From NCBI GenBank assembly GCA_036676395.1, contig JAKFCY010000003.1, forward strand, positions 64,001-128,000: a DNA stretch of 64,000 bases. Direction: 5' to 3'. Shown piece after piece: positions 35,416-44,354 of the stretch. Position 1 is the first letter of the stretch. The number at the start of each line of letters is the position of its first letter. A model generated the notes under the pieces. That model made no database searches, had not been told where the DNA came from, and worked only from the letters and a program-made list of their open reading frames with translations. This DNA is from Bdellovibrio sp. Its GTDB lineage: Bacteria > Bdellovibrionota > Bdellovibrionia > Bdellovibrionales > Bdellovibrionaceae. Position numbers and translations under genes: made by a program.

Positions 35416-36531
35416 ATGTCAGTCAAAGATAACTTTATCCAGCATCTACGCACGCAGTTTCCGGCTATCCCCGAAGAAACTATGACCAGCACTATCTCTG
35501 ACCAATTAATCTGCCCACATCGTATTACGCTGCCTACGTCAGTTCTTACGAATTTAAAATCTGAAATCTCGCAATTATACGCCTTACGTTCGTGGTCAGA
35601 AAAAAACTTGGGTTCTACCTTTGATGCTATGGGTTTACCGAGAGCTAAAAATTTTAGCGTTTGCACAAGCTTTGATTTTCATCTTGTTGATGGGCATCAG
35701 CCAAAGTTGATCGAGATTAACACCAACGCTGCTTTTTTGGCGTTGGGGCTTACGCTTTATGATTTTTGGAAAGTTCAACCACACACGGGGTTTACGGCTG
35801 CAAAGTTAATTGAAATGTTTCGCGAAGAAGCTCGTGTTTTGGGTTTACAAGATTTGTCGATGGCGATCATGGACGAAAAACCCGAAGTTCAGCGATTGTT
35901 CATCGAGTTCTTGGTTTATCAACAGTATTTTTCACAGGCTGGTATTGCGTGTTCAATTGTTGATTCGGCTAACGCTAGCGATTTAAAACCTGGAACGTTG
36001 GTTTACAATCGTTACACTGATTTTTACTTAAAAGAACCGCAGTCTGCGCAGATTAAAGCTATGTACATTGATGGCAAGATTCATTTATCGCCTTCACCTT
36101 GGGAATATTTTTTACTTGGCGATAAGCAAAGACTTTCTGACTGGCAAAAACAAACTGAACTGCCGATTCCTGCTAGTTTGTTAAAGATTTATGATTTAGC
36201 AGAAGCTGATAAAGAACAAATTTGGAATGAAAGAAAAAAACTTTTCTTTAAACCGAAAGCTTCGTTTGGCAGTAAGCAAGCTTACAACGGTGCTTCTGTT
36301 AGTAAAAGAATTTTTGAAGAAGCTTTTGCTCAGGGTTTCGTTGCGCAAGAATATGCTCCGCCTGCTGAAGTTGATGTTTTACAGGATGGTGCGAATCTTC
36401 GTATGAAGTATGATCTTCGTTGTTATGCGTATAAGGATGAGTTGCAGTTAGTGATTGCTCGTTTGTATCAAGGGCAGACTACGAATTTGAAAACCACCGG
36501 TGGTGGTTTTGCGATTGTTGATTTTATTTAA
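35416..36531 (+). CDS. Circularly permuted ATP-grasp-like ligase, unknown substrate
   Basis: FDFHL..PKLIEINTNA near the N-terminus; VYNR, GDK, FFKP..FGS, AQEY, DLRCY, ARLY..GGG. Confidence 0.65.
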   Translation: MSVKDNFIQHLRTQFPAIPEETMTSTISDQLICPHRITLPTSVLTNLKSEISQLYALRSWSEKNLGSTFDAMGLPRAKNFSVCTSFDFHLVDGHQPKLIEINTNAAFLALGLTLYDFWKVQPHTGFTAAKLIEMFREEARVLGLQDLSMAIMDEKPEVQRLFIEFLVYQQYFSQAGIACSIVDSANASDLKPGTLVYNRYTDFYLKEPQSAQIKAMYIDGKIHLSPSPWEYFLLGDKQRLSDWQKQTELPIPASLLKIYDLAEADKEQIWNERKKLFFKPKASFGSKQAYNGASVSKRIFEEAFAQGFVAQEYAPPAEVDVLQDGANLRMKYDLRCYAYKDELQLVIARLYQGQTTNLKTTGGGFAIVDFI

Positions 36532-36587
36532 AGTTTATATGTTTATTTGCAAATCATAATTATCAAGACCAATGCAATTTATATCTT

Positions 36588-37478
36588 CTATCGCATTTTA
36601 AAAGTGTCTATCATAACCATTTCAAATAACGGTTTAACAGGCGGTTCTTGATCCTGGGTCAGTTTTTTCCAAGTTTTTATTATCAAACGCGGCGAGATAA
36701 CTTTTGTTGTGAGCTCTCTAGTGTGAACTAAACCTGTCTGCTCGTCTCTTAGCCCCGATATATCTGAAATAGATACATTTCCAAAAAAACGCTCTTCTTC
36801 AGTATACGTTGAAATTGAAAGATCGAACTCAACAATTTGACCATACCCATTGTCCATATAGCATTGTTGATCACCTATTAGTGGTATATTTTCTTGCGCA
36901 CCCACATCAATCGAATACTTGCCTTCGCTCCATCGCTCCGAAAATATTTCTTGAGGTGTTCCAATTTTTTTTCTTTCTTCGTTGTATACAACTGAATCCT
37001 GATAAAACTGAGGAGAAACATTCATAGGTAAAGGCAGAGTAAACCTCAAACCAAAAGAAACAGTTGTTGTTCGTGATTTGCACAGTACTGGCGCAGTAAC
37101 ATTCACTTTCCACTTATGAGGGTCAGTATCAACAGGACTGTAAAGTTCAATACCAGCTTTCCTTGCGCGATTTTTTGCTGCTGATGTAAATCCTTTTGGC
37201 GCAACCATTGCGCCTTTCTGAGCGCCAATATCATTAATTAGACCCAAAAACGCTTCGACCCCTTTTATATCAACTGGACAGTTATAGTCCTTACAATCAA
37301 TAGCAATCATCATTTTATACTGACCGACGGTTTGCGTAACTAAGACGTCAATTTGTCGAGAAACCTCAGTAATAAGGCCTTGCAATTTGACGTTATGCTG
37401 AACCACCGCATCTGGTGCTAAACTTTTTTGAATCTTTGCGACCAATAGCTCTAATTTTTGCCAATCAGGTTTTTCCAT
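36588..37478 (-). CDS. Mrr-like PD-(D/E)xK restriction endonuclease domain protein
   Basis: LELLVAKI, RQIDVLV, IDCKDY, VEAF, GFTSAA typical of Mrr_cat-like domains. Confidence 0.8.
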   Translation of the reverse strand: MEKPDWQKLELLVAKIQKSLAPDAVVQHNVKLQGLITEVSRQIDVLVTQTVGQYKMMIAIDCKDYNCPVDIKGVEAFLGLINDIGAQKGAMVAPKGFTSAAKNRARKAGIELYSPVDTDPHKWKVNVTAPVLCKSRTTTVSFGLRFTLPLPMNVSPQFYQDSVVYNEERKKIGTPQEIFSERWSEGKYSIDVGAQENIPLIGDQQCYMDNGYGQIVEFDLSISTYTEEERFFGNVSISDISGLRDEQTGLVHTRELTTKVISPRLIIKTWKKLTQDQEPPVKPLFEMVMIDTFKMR

Positions 37479-37512
37479 TCTAACTCTTGTCTTTAATTTT
37501 TAGATTATCCAA

Positions 37513-38568
37513 TTAATTTACCAGCAACATATAATCATTAATAACCTGATACGATTCTTTCAACGACTGCAGCAACACTGATTCAATTGCAGGGATTGTA
37601 CCAAGCTCCTGCAAATACAACGCTTGCTCTGTCACAACGTACTTCTGCCATACAAAGCGTGTTGGAAAATGCGCTAGATTCGGATAATTAAAATGCTTGA
37701 TCGAGTATCGATTAAAGCTATCAATCTTTCTTCCACCAGGCCCAGCAAGCTCAGCTTTTGCCAAACCATTAAATAATCCCAAAGCACTAGCAGTTTGCGC
37801 ATCTAAGCCAGCATACAACTGTGGTTGTAAGATATTGTGCTGCTCAACGTAGATTAATTTTTTGTTCGCGTCTAAATAACGACCATTTTCCATATCATTC
37901 CACACGGCCAAAAATCTTTCGTAGTGGCCTGCTAATGATGGCGTATCTTTTTGCAGTCTTTTATTCAAAGACATGATTTCGTCGTAGCCACAAACTGTGT
38001 ACGCTAAATGTTGCCAGTAGATATCTGAATAAACTTTCCAGTTACCTTGCGCTGTTTGTGTTTTAATTTTGTCGATGTTGGCTAATAGTAATGCCGGAAT
38101 TAACGGAACGTCTTTGTGTAATGATTCAAGTCTTCTGAAGATTTGGCGCTGACGTGATCCTAATGGGTATTGATCAGCTAATCCTGCTTGCAGCGCATGA
38201 CCCACTGTAACTGAAGCTTGTGAGCCTGCGCCGATCCAGATGTATTTTACTGTTGGTGTTTTTGTGTTTTGTAATTTTAATGAATGCGTGAATAAACGAT
38301 TGTAGGCTGCGCTGATTAAAAGATTTCTTATGACCATCACTTCGTCTGCGTTTAAGTCTGGAATTTTATTTTGTAGTGGTTTCACTGAAATCATTTGCTG
38401 AGCAATCGCCATCCATGTGTATGGGTTGTGGCTTGCGCAGTGTTGTTTCATGTTATCTGTTTCTAAGGGCCAGTACTGGCTTAATGTTGAATCGTAAGTT
38501 GGGTAATTAGCAAAACTTGCGCTTGAAAATGAAAAGATAAATAACAGTAAAAAGATTGGGGCTTTCAT
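37513..38568 (-). CDS. Secreted DUF2515-like protein
   Basis: Signal peptide; RN..ISAAY, W...ASVTVG, GNWKVYSDI, EQHNILQ. Confidence 0.55.
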   Translation of the reverse strand: MKAPIFLLLFIFSFSSASFANYPTYDSTLSQYWPLETDNMKQHCASHNPYTWMAIAQQMISVKPLQNKIPDLNADEVMVIRNLLISAAYNRLFTHSLKLQNTKTPTVKYIWIGAGSQASVTVGHALQAGLADQYPLGSRQRQIFRRLESLHKDVPLIPALLLANIDKIKTQTAQGNWKVYSDIYWQHLAYTVCGYDEIMSLNKRLQKDTPSLAGHYERFLAVWNDMENGRYLDANKKLIYVEQHNILQPQLYAGLDAQTASALGLFNGLAKAELAGPGGRKIDSFNRYSIKHFNYPNLAHFPTRFVWQKYVVTEQALYLQELGTIPAIESVLLQSLKESYQVINDYMLLVN

Positions 38569-38779
38569 AGAGCTACTTTCTCATAAAAGAGAGCCAATAT
38601 CTAAATTTTCAGACCTGGTTGCAAGACTTACTTAAGCGTCTAAACCTTAAACATTGTTTACTCTGGTAAATGCACTGTCTAAGCGGTTAACATGGCTTTC
38701 AAAAAGAGTCTTTCTCTGCAGATTTTCTTACTTATTCGCTCCCCATATACGCTCTAGCGGCCTTATATACCAATACCTC

Positions 38780-38795
38780 TGGCCTTTGCCTTGCT
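38780..38795 (+). promoter_or_regulatory. Putative sigma54 promoter
   Basis: TGGCCTTTGCCTTGCT (GG-N10-GC) upstream of SD GAGGT and ATG 38820. Confidence 0.55.
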
Positions 38796-38819
38796 CCGCT
38801 AAAACCTATCGAGGTATGC

Positions 38820-39917
38820 ATGAACTCTTCAGCTAAATCTGTCTTAACATTTCTTTGTGGATTGGTATTGGTTATCGCTCAGGCGAAGGCCGAAGTTATT
38901 AGTGGAATTGCAACCGAAGTTAAAGCGCCAATCCCTCTTTTTGCTGAAGATAGCACTTTACGTTTAGAGCTTGTGGCTGATTTTAATAAACTTTTGCATC
39001 TACCCGATAAAGATACCAATACTAAAGTTCCTGCTAAGTTAATTTATTTTACTGATTCTGAACAGCCTCAAGAAATTAACGTTAAGCTGAGCACACGTGG
39101 TAAATCGAAACAAATTTTTTGTAGCGGCTTTCGCCCCATCAGAATTTATTTTGATACAGTACAAACTGATTTAACACTGACTCCGTTTAAAGGAATTTCT
39201 GACGATCTTAAAGTTGCCACTCACTGTGATGGTTTAGGGGTTATCAAAGATACGGATGCAAATGTACAACGTATTCTTCGCGAACAAACGGCTTACAAAA
39301 TGCTTGAAGCCCTTGGGTTTGCGTCATTAAAAACTCGCTCGGCTCGCATTACCTATAGAAACCTGGATGGAACTGTAGTTGCCGAAGCTCTTGCTTTTTT
39401 ACTTGAGCCTAAATCAAATATGGCTAAACGCTATGGCCTTAAACATCTTAAAAAAAATCAGGCTGATATTATCTTTGCGCCAGAACCAATCAATAAGATT
39501 CCGTTTTCAATATCTACCCGTTTTCTTATGCACACCGATGTCGATCACGGCGGCGAACACAATACCATCCTGCTGGTGCGCGAAGGTGAAACAAAAGCTG
39601 TGACTATGGTGCCTTATGATTTTGATCTAACTGGAATGGTTCTGGATTCTCAATATAAAGGTTCGGCATGGGCCCATAAGCCTTGGACGCTGCAGCTTTG
39701 GGGCGATGATGGCGACTGGTTCAAAAAATGGGTCGGCGGAGAATATTTAAGTGATGAATACCGCAGCCAAGCTTATGCGACTACTAACTATGCCCTGTCT
39801 CACAAAGAGGCGGTGCAAAAAGTAATCGATGCAAGCCCTGTCATCGACAAGAGCCGTATTCAAGAGCGAACGAATGCTTTTTTCTCAGGGATTGAACGCG
39901 TTATTAACGAGAAATAA
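38820..39917 (+). CDS. Secreted CotH-like atypical kinase-fold protein
   Basis: Signal peptide; TRGKS, LREQTAYKM, HTD..HN, VPYDFD. Confidence 0.55.
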   Translation: MNSSAKSVLTFLCGLVLVIAQAKAEVISGIATEVKAPIPLFAEDSTLRLELVADFNKLLHLPDKDTNTKVPAKLIYFTDSEQPQEINVKLSTRGKSKQIFCSGFRPIRIYFDTVQTDLTLTPFKGISDDLKVATHCDGLGVIKDTDANVQRILREQTAYKMLEALGFASLKTRSARITYRNLDGTVVAEALAFLLEPKSNMAKRYGLKHLKKNQADIIFAPEPINKIPFSISTRFLMHTDVDHGGEHNTILLVREGETKAVTMVPYDFDLTGMVLDSQYKGSAWAHKPWTLQLWGDDGDWFKKWVGGEYLSDEYRSQAYATTNYALSHKEAVQKVIDASPVIDKSRIQERTNAFFSGIERVINEK

Positions 39918-39918
39918 T

Positions 39919-40572
39919 TTATTTAAATGTAGGATTTTTAAAGGCGCGAATACATTCGTGCACGCCTTTGGTTAACGAGGTGTCTTCTTCTAACTTCCAA
40001 GGCTCTTTCGTCCAACGTGGGCTGTGTTTATACAAAAAGTAATTCACAGTATCTGAGCCCTTGGTTTTATCTGACAACGCTGAAAAAGTTTCGCTGTAGA
40101 CCTTGCTCCACAGAGCAGAATCACTTGGGCATAAGAAATCTTTGTAATTTGACTCATCATAAATATTTAAGCTTGATGCAAACTGATCACGTTGAAAAAT
40201 AACCGATTGCACATCACCTTTACGGATTTTTACGCGATTGGCGATCACCTCAGTAATCACCGGAACGATGTCGTTATTCATTTTTTCACATCTGGTGGCT
40301 TTTGTTTCTGCGTAGACAAGACGCGCGGCCAATTCGATATCAGAATCGCTATTCAATACTTTTTTGTAACCAACATATTTATTTGACGTTTTACTATTGG
40401 CTTTGATTGTTGCCTTGATACCATCGATTTTAGCCGGATCGTTAATACAATTTGGAAGTTTTGCACCGACTGATTGTTTTGCGACCGCTTGACCATTTGA
40501 GCCGCCAACTTCACCGGCAAAAACACCTGTTGTTATTAATGTGATACTAACAATCGCTAATAGTTTGCTCAT
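39919..40572 (-). CDS. Secreted SleB/Hydrolase_2-type cell-wall hydrolase
   Basis: ARLVYAE (catalytic Glu), VIANRV, VIFQRDQFAS. Confidence 0.78.
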   Translation of the reverse strand: MSKLLAIVSITLITTGVFAGEVGGSNGQAVAKQSVGAKLPNCINDPAKIDGIKATIKANSKTSNKYVGYKKVLNSDSDIELAARLVYAETKATRCEKMNNDIVPVITEVIANRVKIRKGDVQSVIFQRDQFASSLNIYDESNYKDFLCPSDSALWSKVYSETFSALSDKTKGSDTVNYFLYKHSPRWTKEPWKLEEDTSLTKGVHECIRAFKNPTFK

Positions 40573-40584
40573 AGCTTAATGCTA

Positions 40585-41511
40585 TCAATTTAACTGGCGA
40601 TTCGGAAGAGCTAAAATATTAAAACCAGCCATCGTCTCTTTACTTAACATGACTCGGCTGATGTAGTTAATTAGAGGCTCTTTTTTAACTCCCATATAGT
40701 TGTCGCTGCCATCACGGCCCATGCCGTTGCTTGCGTGCACCATATAAAGAACGCCAGCTTCGCGAATTAAAAAACCTTGGTGCGATACATCTAAGCGCGT
40801 GCCCGCCGCTTTGGTTAAATCCCAGTTTGGGCGCACCAGATTAAAAATACTGCCTGACGGAATACGATTTACCAAGTCTGGCTTACTGACCAGATCTTCT
40901 TTACTGATATACGGTAACTGCGCCAGTTGGCGATCGAAGTTTTTGCTCATCTCGACGTAGTTATCCCCTTTTTTTGCAAACCAATTAGCTTTATCTATCC
41001 ACGTTTGCGACCAGCGTGTGTTATGGCCTGCAATAGCGCCAGTGATGTCTTTTACAAAACCTAGTTCGCTGTTATTTGGAATCCAGTCAATGCTGGTAAA
41101 GTGATTGCGATTTTCGTAATCAACCGCTGCATCTTTATACCTAATTTGATTAATGCGCTCTTGAAATTGCGCTGGCGTCGTTGAAAACGATAATGCCATC
41201 ACGGTTTCAACAAATGTCGTACAATCAAAACCATCAAAGCGGTACAACGGAGCTTTAGAAATCTGGCCATGTGAGCCTTCGCCTAAAGGATCAGCCACAT
41301 AGGGAGTTTTATTATGTAAAAAGATATCTGCGTAATAGATCGCACGCTCGCGCACGTTGAGTTTTTTTACTGAATTGATCTGTAACAAAGCTTCTAGCGT
41401 GGGCGCATCGGTAAAGGCCGCTTGCGCGAAATTAGCACTAGCTAATACCACGACTAGGATCACTAAAATTGAGCGCAATAAGAAGTTCATCACGACTGTG
41501 AAAACTAGCAA
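40585..41511 (-). CDS. DUF1460 NlpC/P60-type N-acetylmuramoyl-L-alanine amidase-like protein
   Basis: PY..LGEG, FDCTTFVE, RNHFT.DW, LDVSHQG, HAS; true start may be the ATG 21 nt downstream. Confidence 0.85.
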   Translation of the reverse strand: MLVFTVVMNFLLRSILVILVVVLASANFAQAAFTDAPTLEALLQINSVKKLNVRERAIYYADIFLHNKTPYVADPLGEGSHGQISKAPLYRFDGFDCTTFVETVMALSFSTTPAQFQERINQIRYKDAAVDYENRNHFTSIDWIPNNSELGFVKDITGAIAGHNTRWSQTWIDKANWFAKKGDNYVEMSKNFDRQLAQLPYISKEDLVSKPDLVNRIPSGSIFNLVRPNWDLTKAAGTRLDVSHQGFLIREAGVLYMVHASNGMGRDGSDNYMGVKKEPLINYISRVMLSKETMAGFNILALPNRQLN

Positions 41512-41583
41512 TTTTGGCTCTCAAATCAGAGGCGGTAAAGTGATTTTAAGGTGTTTACTCTGTCTAGGATTTTGACAACAGCC

Positions 41584-43188
41584 CTATTCAGGGCTTGTTT
41601 GGTTACTGTCGTACTGAAGCGCCACATAAGACATGAGGTCTGTGCATGACAAACTATCAACGGCTTTCGAGATAAGGCTATCGTTAATGTTTAAATTATT
41701 TTGTTTGTTACAAAACTGTAACGGTAGCTCTAATTTTTTGTGCGACGACACTAAATTGACCGGCTTGATCGGATTGATATAGTTATTTTCTTCGCTTGAA
41801 TCATTAGTTTTTGCTTCAGCTAATTCGATATCCGGAGTTACCCCGTAAAACTGAGTAGATCTGCCGCTTGGTAATAAATAAAAACCTTTTGTTTTGAAAA
41901 AGCCGATGTTTTTTGATTTATCCCAAGATTCGATTTCTTGAAATGTGCCTTTACCAAAAGTTTTTGCACCGATCACGATACCGCGACGGTATTCTTGAAT
42001 CGCTCCGGCAAAAAGTTCTGCAGCACTTGCTGAATTTGTATTAACTAACACCGCAAGCGCGCCAGAATAAATTCTTTCAGCACTTGTTAATACCACTTCG
42101 TTAGATTTTGATAAATCAAAGTATTCAACTGAGTAAATCGTCTTGTTTTCGCCAATGAAAAGACCTGTTAAACAAGCCGCTTCTGATAAATGCCCACCTG
42201 GATTATCACGCAAATCTAAAACTAAGCCCGAGATATTTTTATCGGCCATTTCTAAAATCGCTGTACTGACTTCGCTGCAGGTGTTCTTAGAAAACTTAGA
42301 AATCGTGATCACACCGAAATTACGTGGGCCAGTTACAACTTCTGCGTAAACTTGGCTTAATACACGGTACGTGCGTTGCACGTTTTTAACTAATGTTGCA
42401 CCGTCGCGCTTAATATTAAAATTAAAAATACGAATGTTACGGTCTTTTAAAATCTGGCCTGCGTCAGATAAACTTAATGATTCAGCTTTTTGCCCGTTGA
42501 TTGAATTTACGGTGTCTCCGGCTAACAAACCACTCGCTGCGGCATCTGAATTGCGCACTACTTTTTTAATACGTAATTGACCGTGATGGTCTTTTTCAAA
42601 ACTTAAGCCTACGAAAAACGGCGATCTATCAGACTGCGAACTGACTTGATCAAAGTACGCCATTGGCAAAATATAAGTGTGTGGATCTTTGCTAACTGAC
42701 AGGTAACCGTTGATCCCCTGAGCTAATAAATATCTTAGCGGCGTTTTTTGACCAGCTTTAGCTAAAATTAAATCCCACAAGTTATCAAATGAAAAACTTG
42801 AATTGATGTGCTCTTTATAGATTTTTGAAAACGGAGCTAGAGTTTCTTTTTCTTTAAAATTATCTAAGCTTGTTGTTTCATTGTACGCCGGCCAGATTTC
42901 GCCAGTTAAACCTAAGCGCTCCGATGTTAAGGCTAAGGCATTATTCACAGAATTTACGCAGGCTAAAAAGTATTTTTCAGATAAGTGGCAAGTTTTATCG
43001 TTAACTAATTTACGTAGTTCTGATTCTTGTAAATCAGATTTTGACCAGTACTCTTCGATTTTGCTGATTTCTAATTTTGATTGTGTTTGAGCCGCATGCA
43101 ACCCCGCAGAGATCCCCCCGATCCCTGCCAGCACAAACCCCATCACAAAACCCATGGCTATCGTAAAAACTATTCCCCATGATCGCAT
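41584..43188 (-). CDS. S41 C-terminal processing peptidase (PDZ)
   Basis: DPHTY, PDZ region, LDLRDNPGG, SASAAE, TFGKG, GVTPDI. Confidence 0.92.
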   Translation of the reverse strand: MRSWGIVFTIAMGFVMGFVLAGIGGISAGLHAAQTQSKLEISKIEEYWSKSDLQESELRKLVNDKTCHLSEKYFLACVNSVNNALALTSERLGLTGEIWPAYNETTSLDNFKEKETLAPFSKIYKEHINSSFSFDNLWDLILAKAGQKTPLRYLLAQGINGYLSVSKDPHTYILPMAYFDQVSSQSDRSPFFVGLSFEKDHHGQLRIKKVVRNSDAAASGLLAGDTVNSINGQKAESLSLSDAGQILKDRNIRIFNFNIKRDGATLVKNVQRTYRVLSQVYAEVVTGPRNFGVITISKFSKNTCSEVSTAILEMADKNISGLVLDLRDNPGGHLSEAACLTGLFIGENKTIYSVEYFDLSKSNEVVLTSAERIYSGALAVLVNTNSASAAELFAGAIQEYRRGIVIGAKTFGKGTFQEIESWDKSKNIGFFKTKGFYLLPSGRSTQFYGVTPDIELAEAKTNDSSEENNYINPIKPVNLVSSHKKLELPLQFCNKQNNLNINDSLISKAVDSLSCTDLMSYVALQYDSNQTSPE

Positions 43189-43382
43189 CTATACACCCCA
43201 AATAGGTTCTACACGAACCTTCCCAGTGACAAAATAGAGCAACCTTAAGGCCACAAAAAATACCTCTCAAAACCCATAAAATGGCCTTCTGCCCCAGTAT
43301 TAGGAAAGTTTTTCAAACTTGATCAAAACAACCACACACAAAATACTTGCGAACATCGAGTGTCATGCCAGATACTCAGCTC

Positions 43383-44351
43383 ATGATTATCGTAACCGGA
43401 GCCAATGGCTTTATTGGAAGCGCAATGGTTTGGCAGCTCAATCAAATGGGCCATACAAACATCATTGCCACAGACACAGTTGATCTTACAAAACGCAATC
43501 TTTTACACAAAAGACAGTATGCTGAATTTTTTCAAGCCTCAGAATTATGGAGCTTCTTAGCGACTCCCGAAGCACAGAAAAAAGTAACATGGATTATTCA
43601 CATGGGCGCCTGTTCTTCAACAACTGAAAAAGACTGGGAATACCTTTACGAAAATAATTTCTTATATTCGCAAAGATTATTCGAGTGGTCTGCCCGTTAC
43701 AAAAAAAATCTGATCTACGCAAGCTCTGCTGCCACTTATGGTGAAGGCGAAAATGGTTTTGAAGACACTTACGATTCTGAAAAATTAAAACCATTAAATC
43801 TATACGGCGAATCTAAAGTGATTATGGACCGTTGGGCGATGAAACAAAAAGCGACACCTGAAAATTGGTATGCTTTAAAATTTTTCAATGTGTTTGGCCC
43901 GAACGAATACGAAAAAGGTTCGATGGCCTCAGTGGCCTACAAATCTTATCACCACTTACAAAAAAATGATTCATTAGGTTTATTTAAATCTTACAACGCC
44001 AATTACATGGACGGTAAGCAAGTGCGCGATTTCGTTTATGTGAAAGATGTTGTTCGCTGGATGACTGAACTGATGGACAAAAAACCGGCAAGCGGTATTT
44101 ACAACATGGGTTACGGAGAAACGCGCTCATGGTTAGATATGGCTGAAGCCCTTTTTAAAGCCTTAGGTAAAGAGCAAAAAATCAAATGGCTTGATATGCC
44201 CGAAGATATTAAAAACCAATATCAATATTATACTTTAGCTAACATGACTAAGTGGAAGCAGGCTGGCATGTCTGAACCTGAATGGCCGCTTGAAAAAGCC
44301 ATTGCTGATTATGTGCAAAACTATTTGTCACAAAAAGATCCTTGGTTATAA
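43383..44351 (+). CDS. hldD: ADP-L-glycero-D-manno-heptose 6-epimerase
   Basis: MIIVTGANGFIGS, HMGACSSTTE, YASSAATYG, PLNLYGESK, KGSMASV, YQYYT.A. Confidence 0.93.
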   Translation: MIIVTGANGFIGSAMVWQLNQMGHTNIIATDTVDLTKRNLLHKRQYAEFFQASELWSFLATPEAQKKVTWIIHMGACSSTTEKDWEYLYENNFLYSQRLFEWSARYKKNLIYASSAATYGEGENGFEDTYDSEKLKPLNLYGESKVIMDRWAMKQKATPENWYALKFFNVFGPNEYEKGSMASVAYKSYHHLQKNDSLGLFKSYNANYMDGKQVRDFVYVKDVVRWMTELMDKKPASGIYNMGYGETRSWLDMAEALFKALGKEQKIKWLDMPEDIKNQYQYYTLANMTKWKQAGMSEPEWPLEKAIADYVQNYLSQKDPWL

Positions 44352-44354
44352 ATT

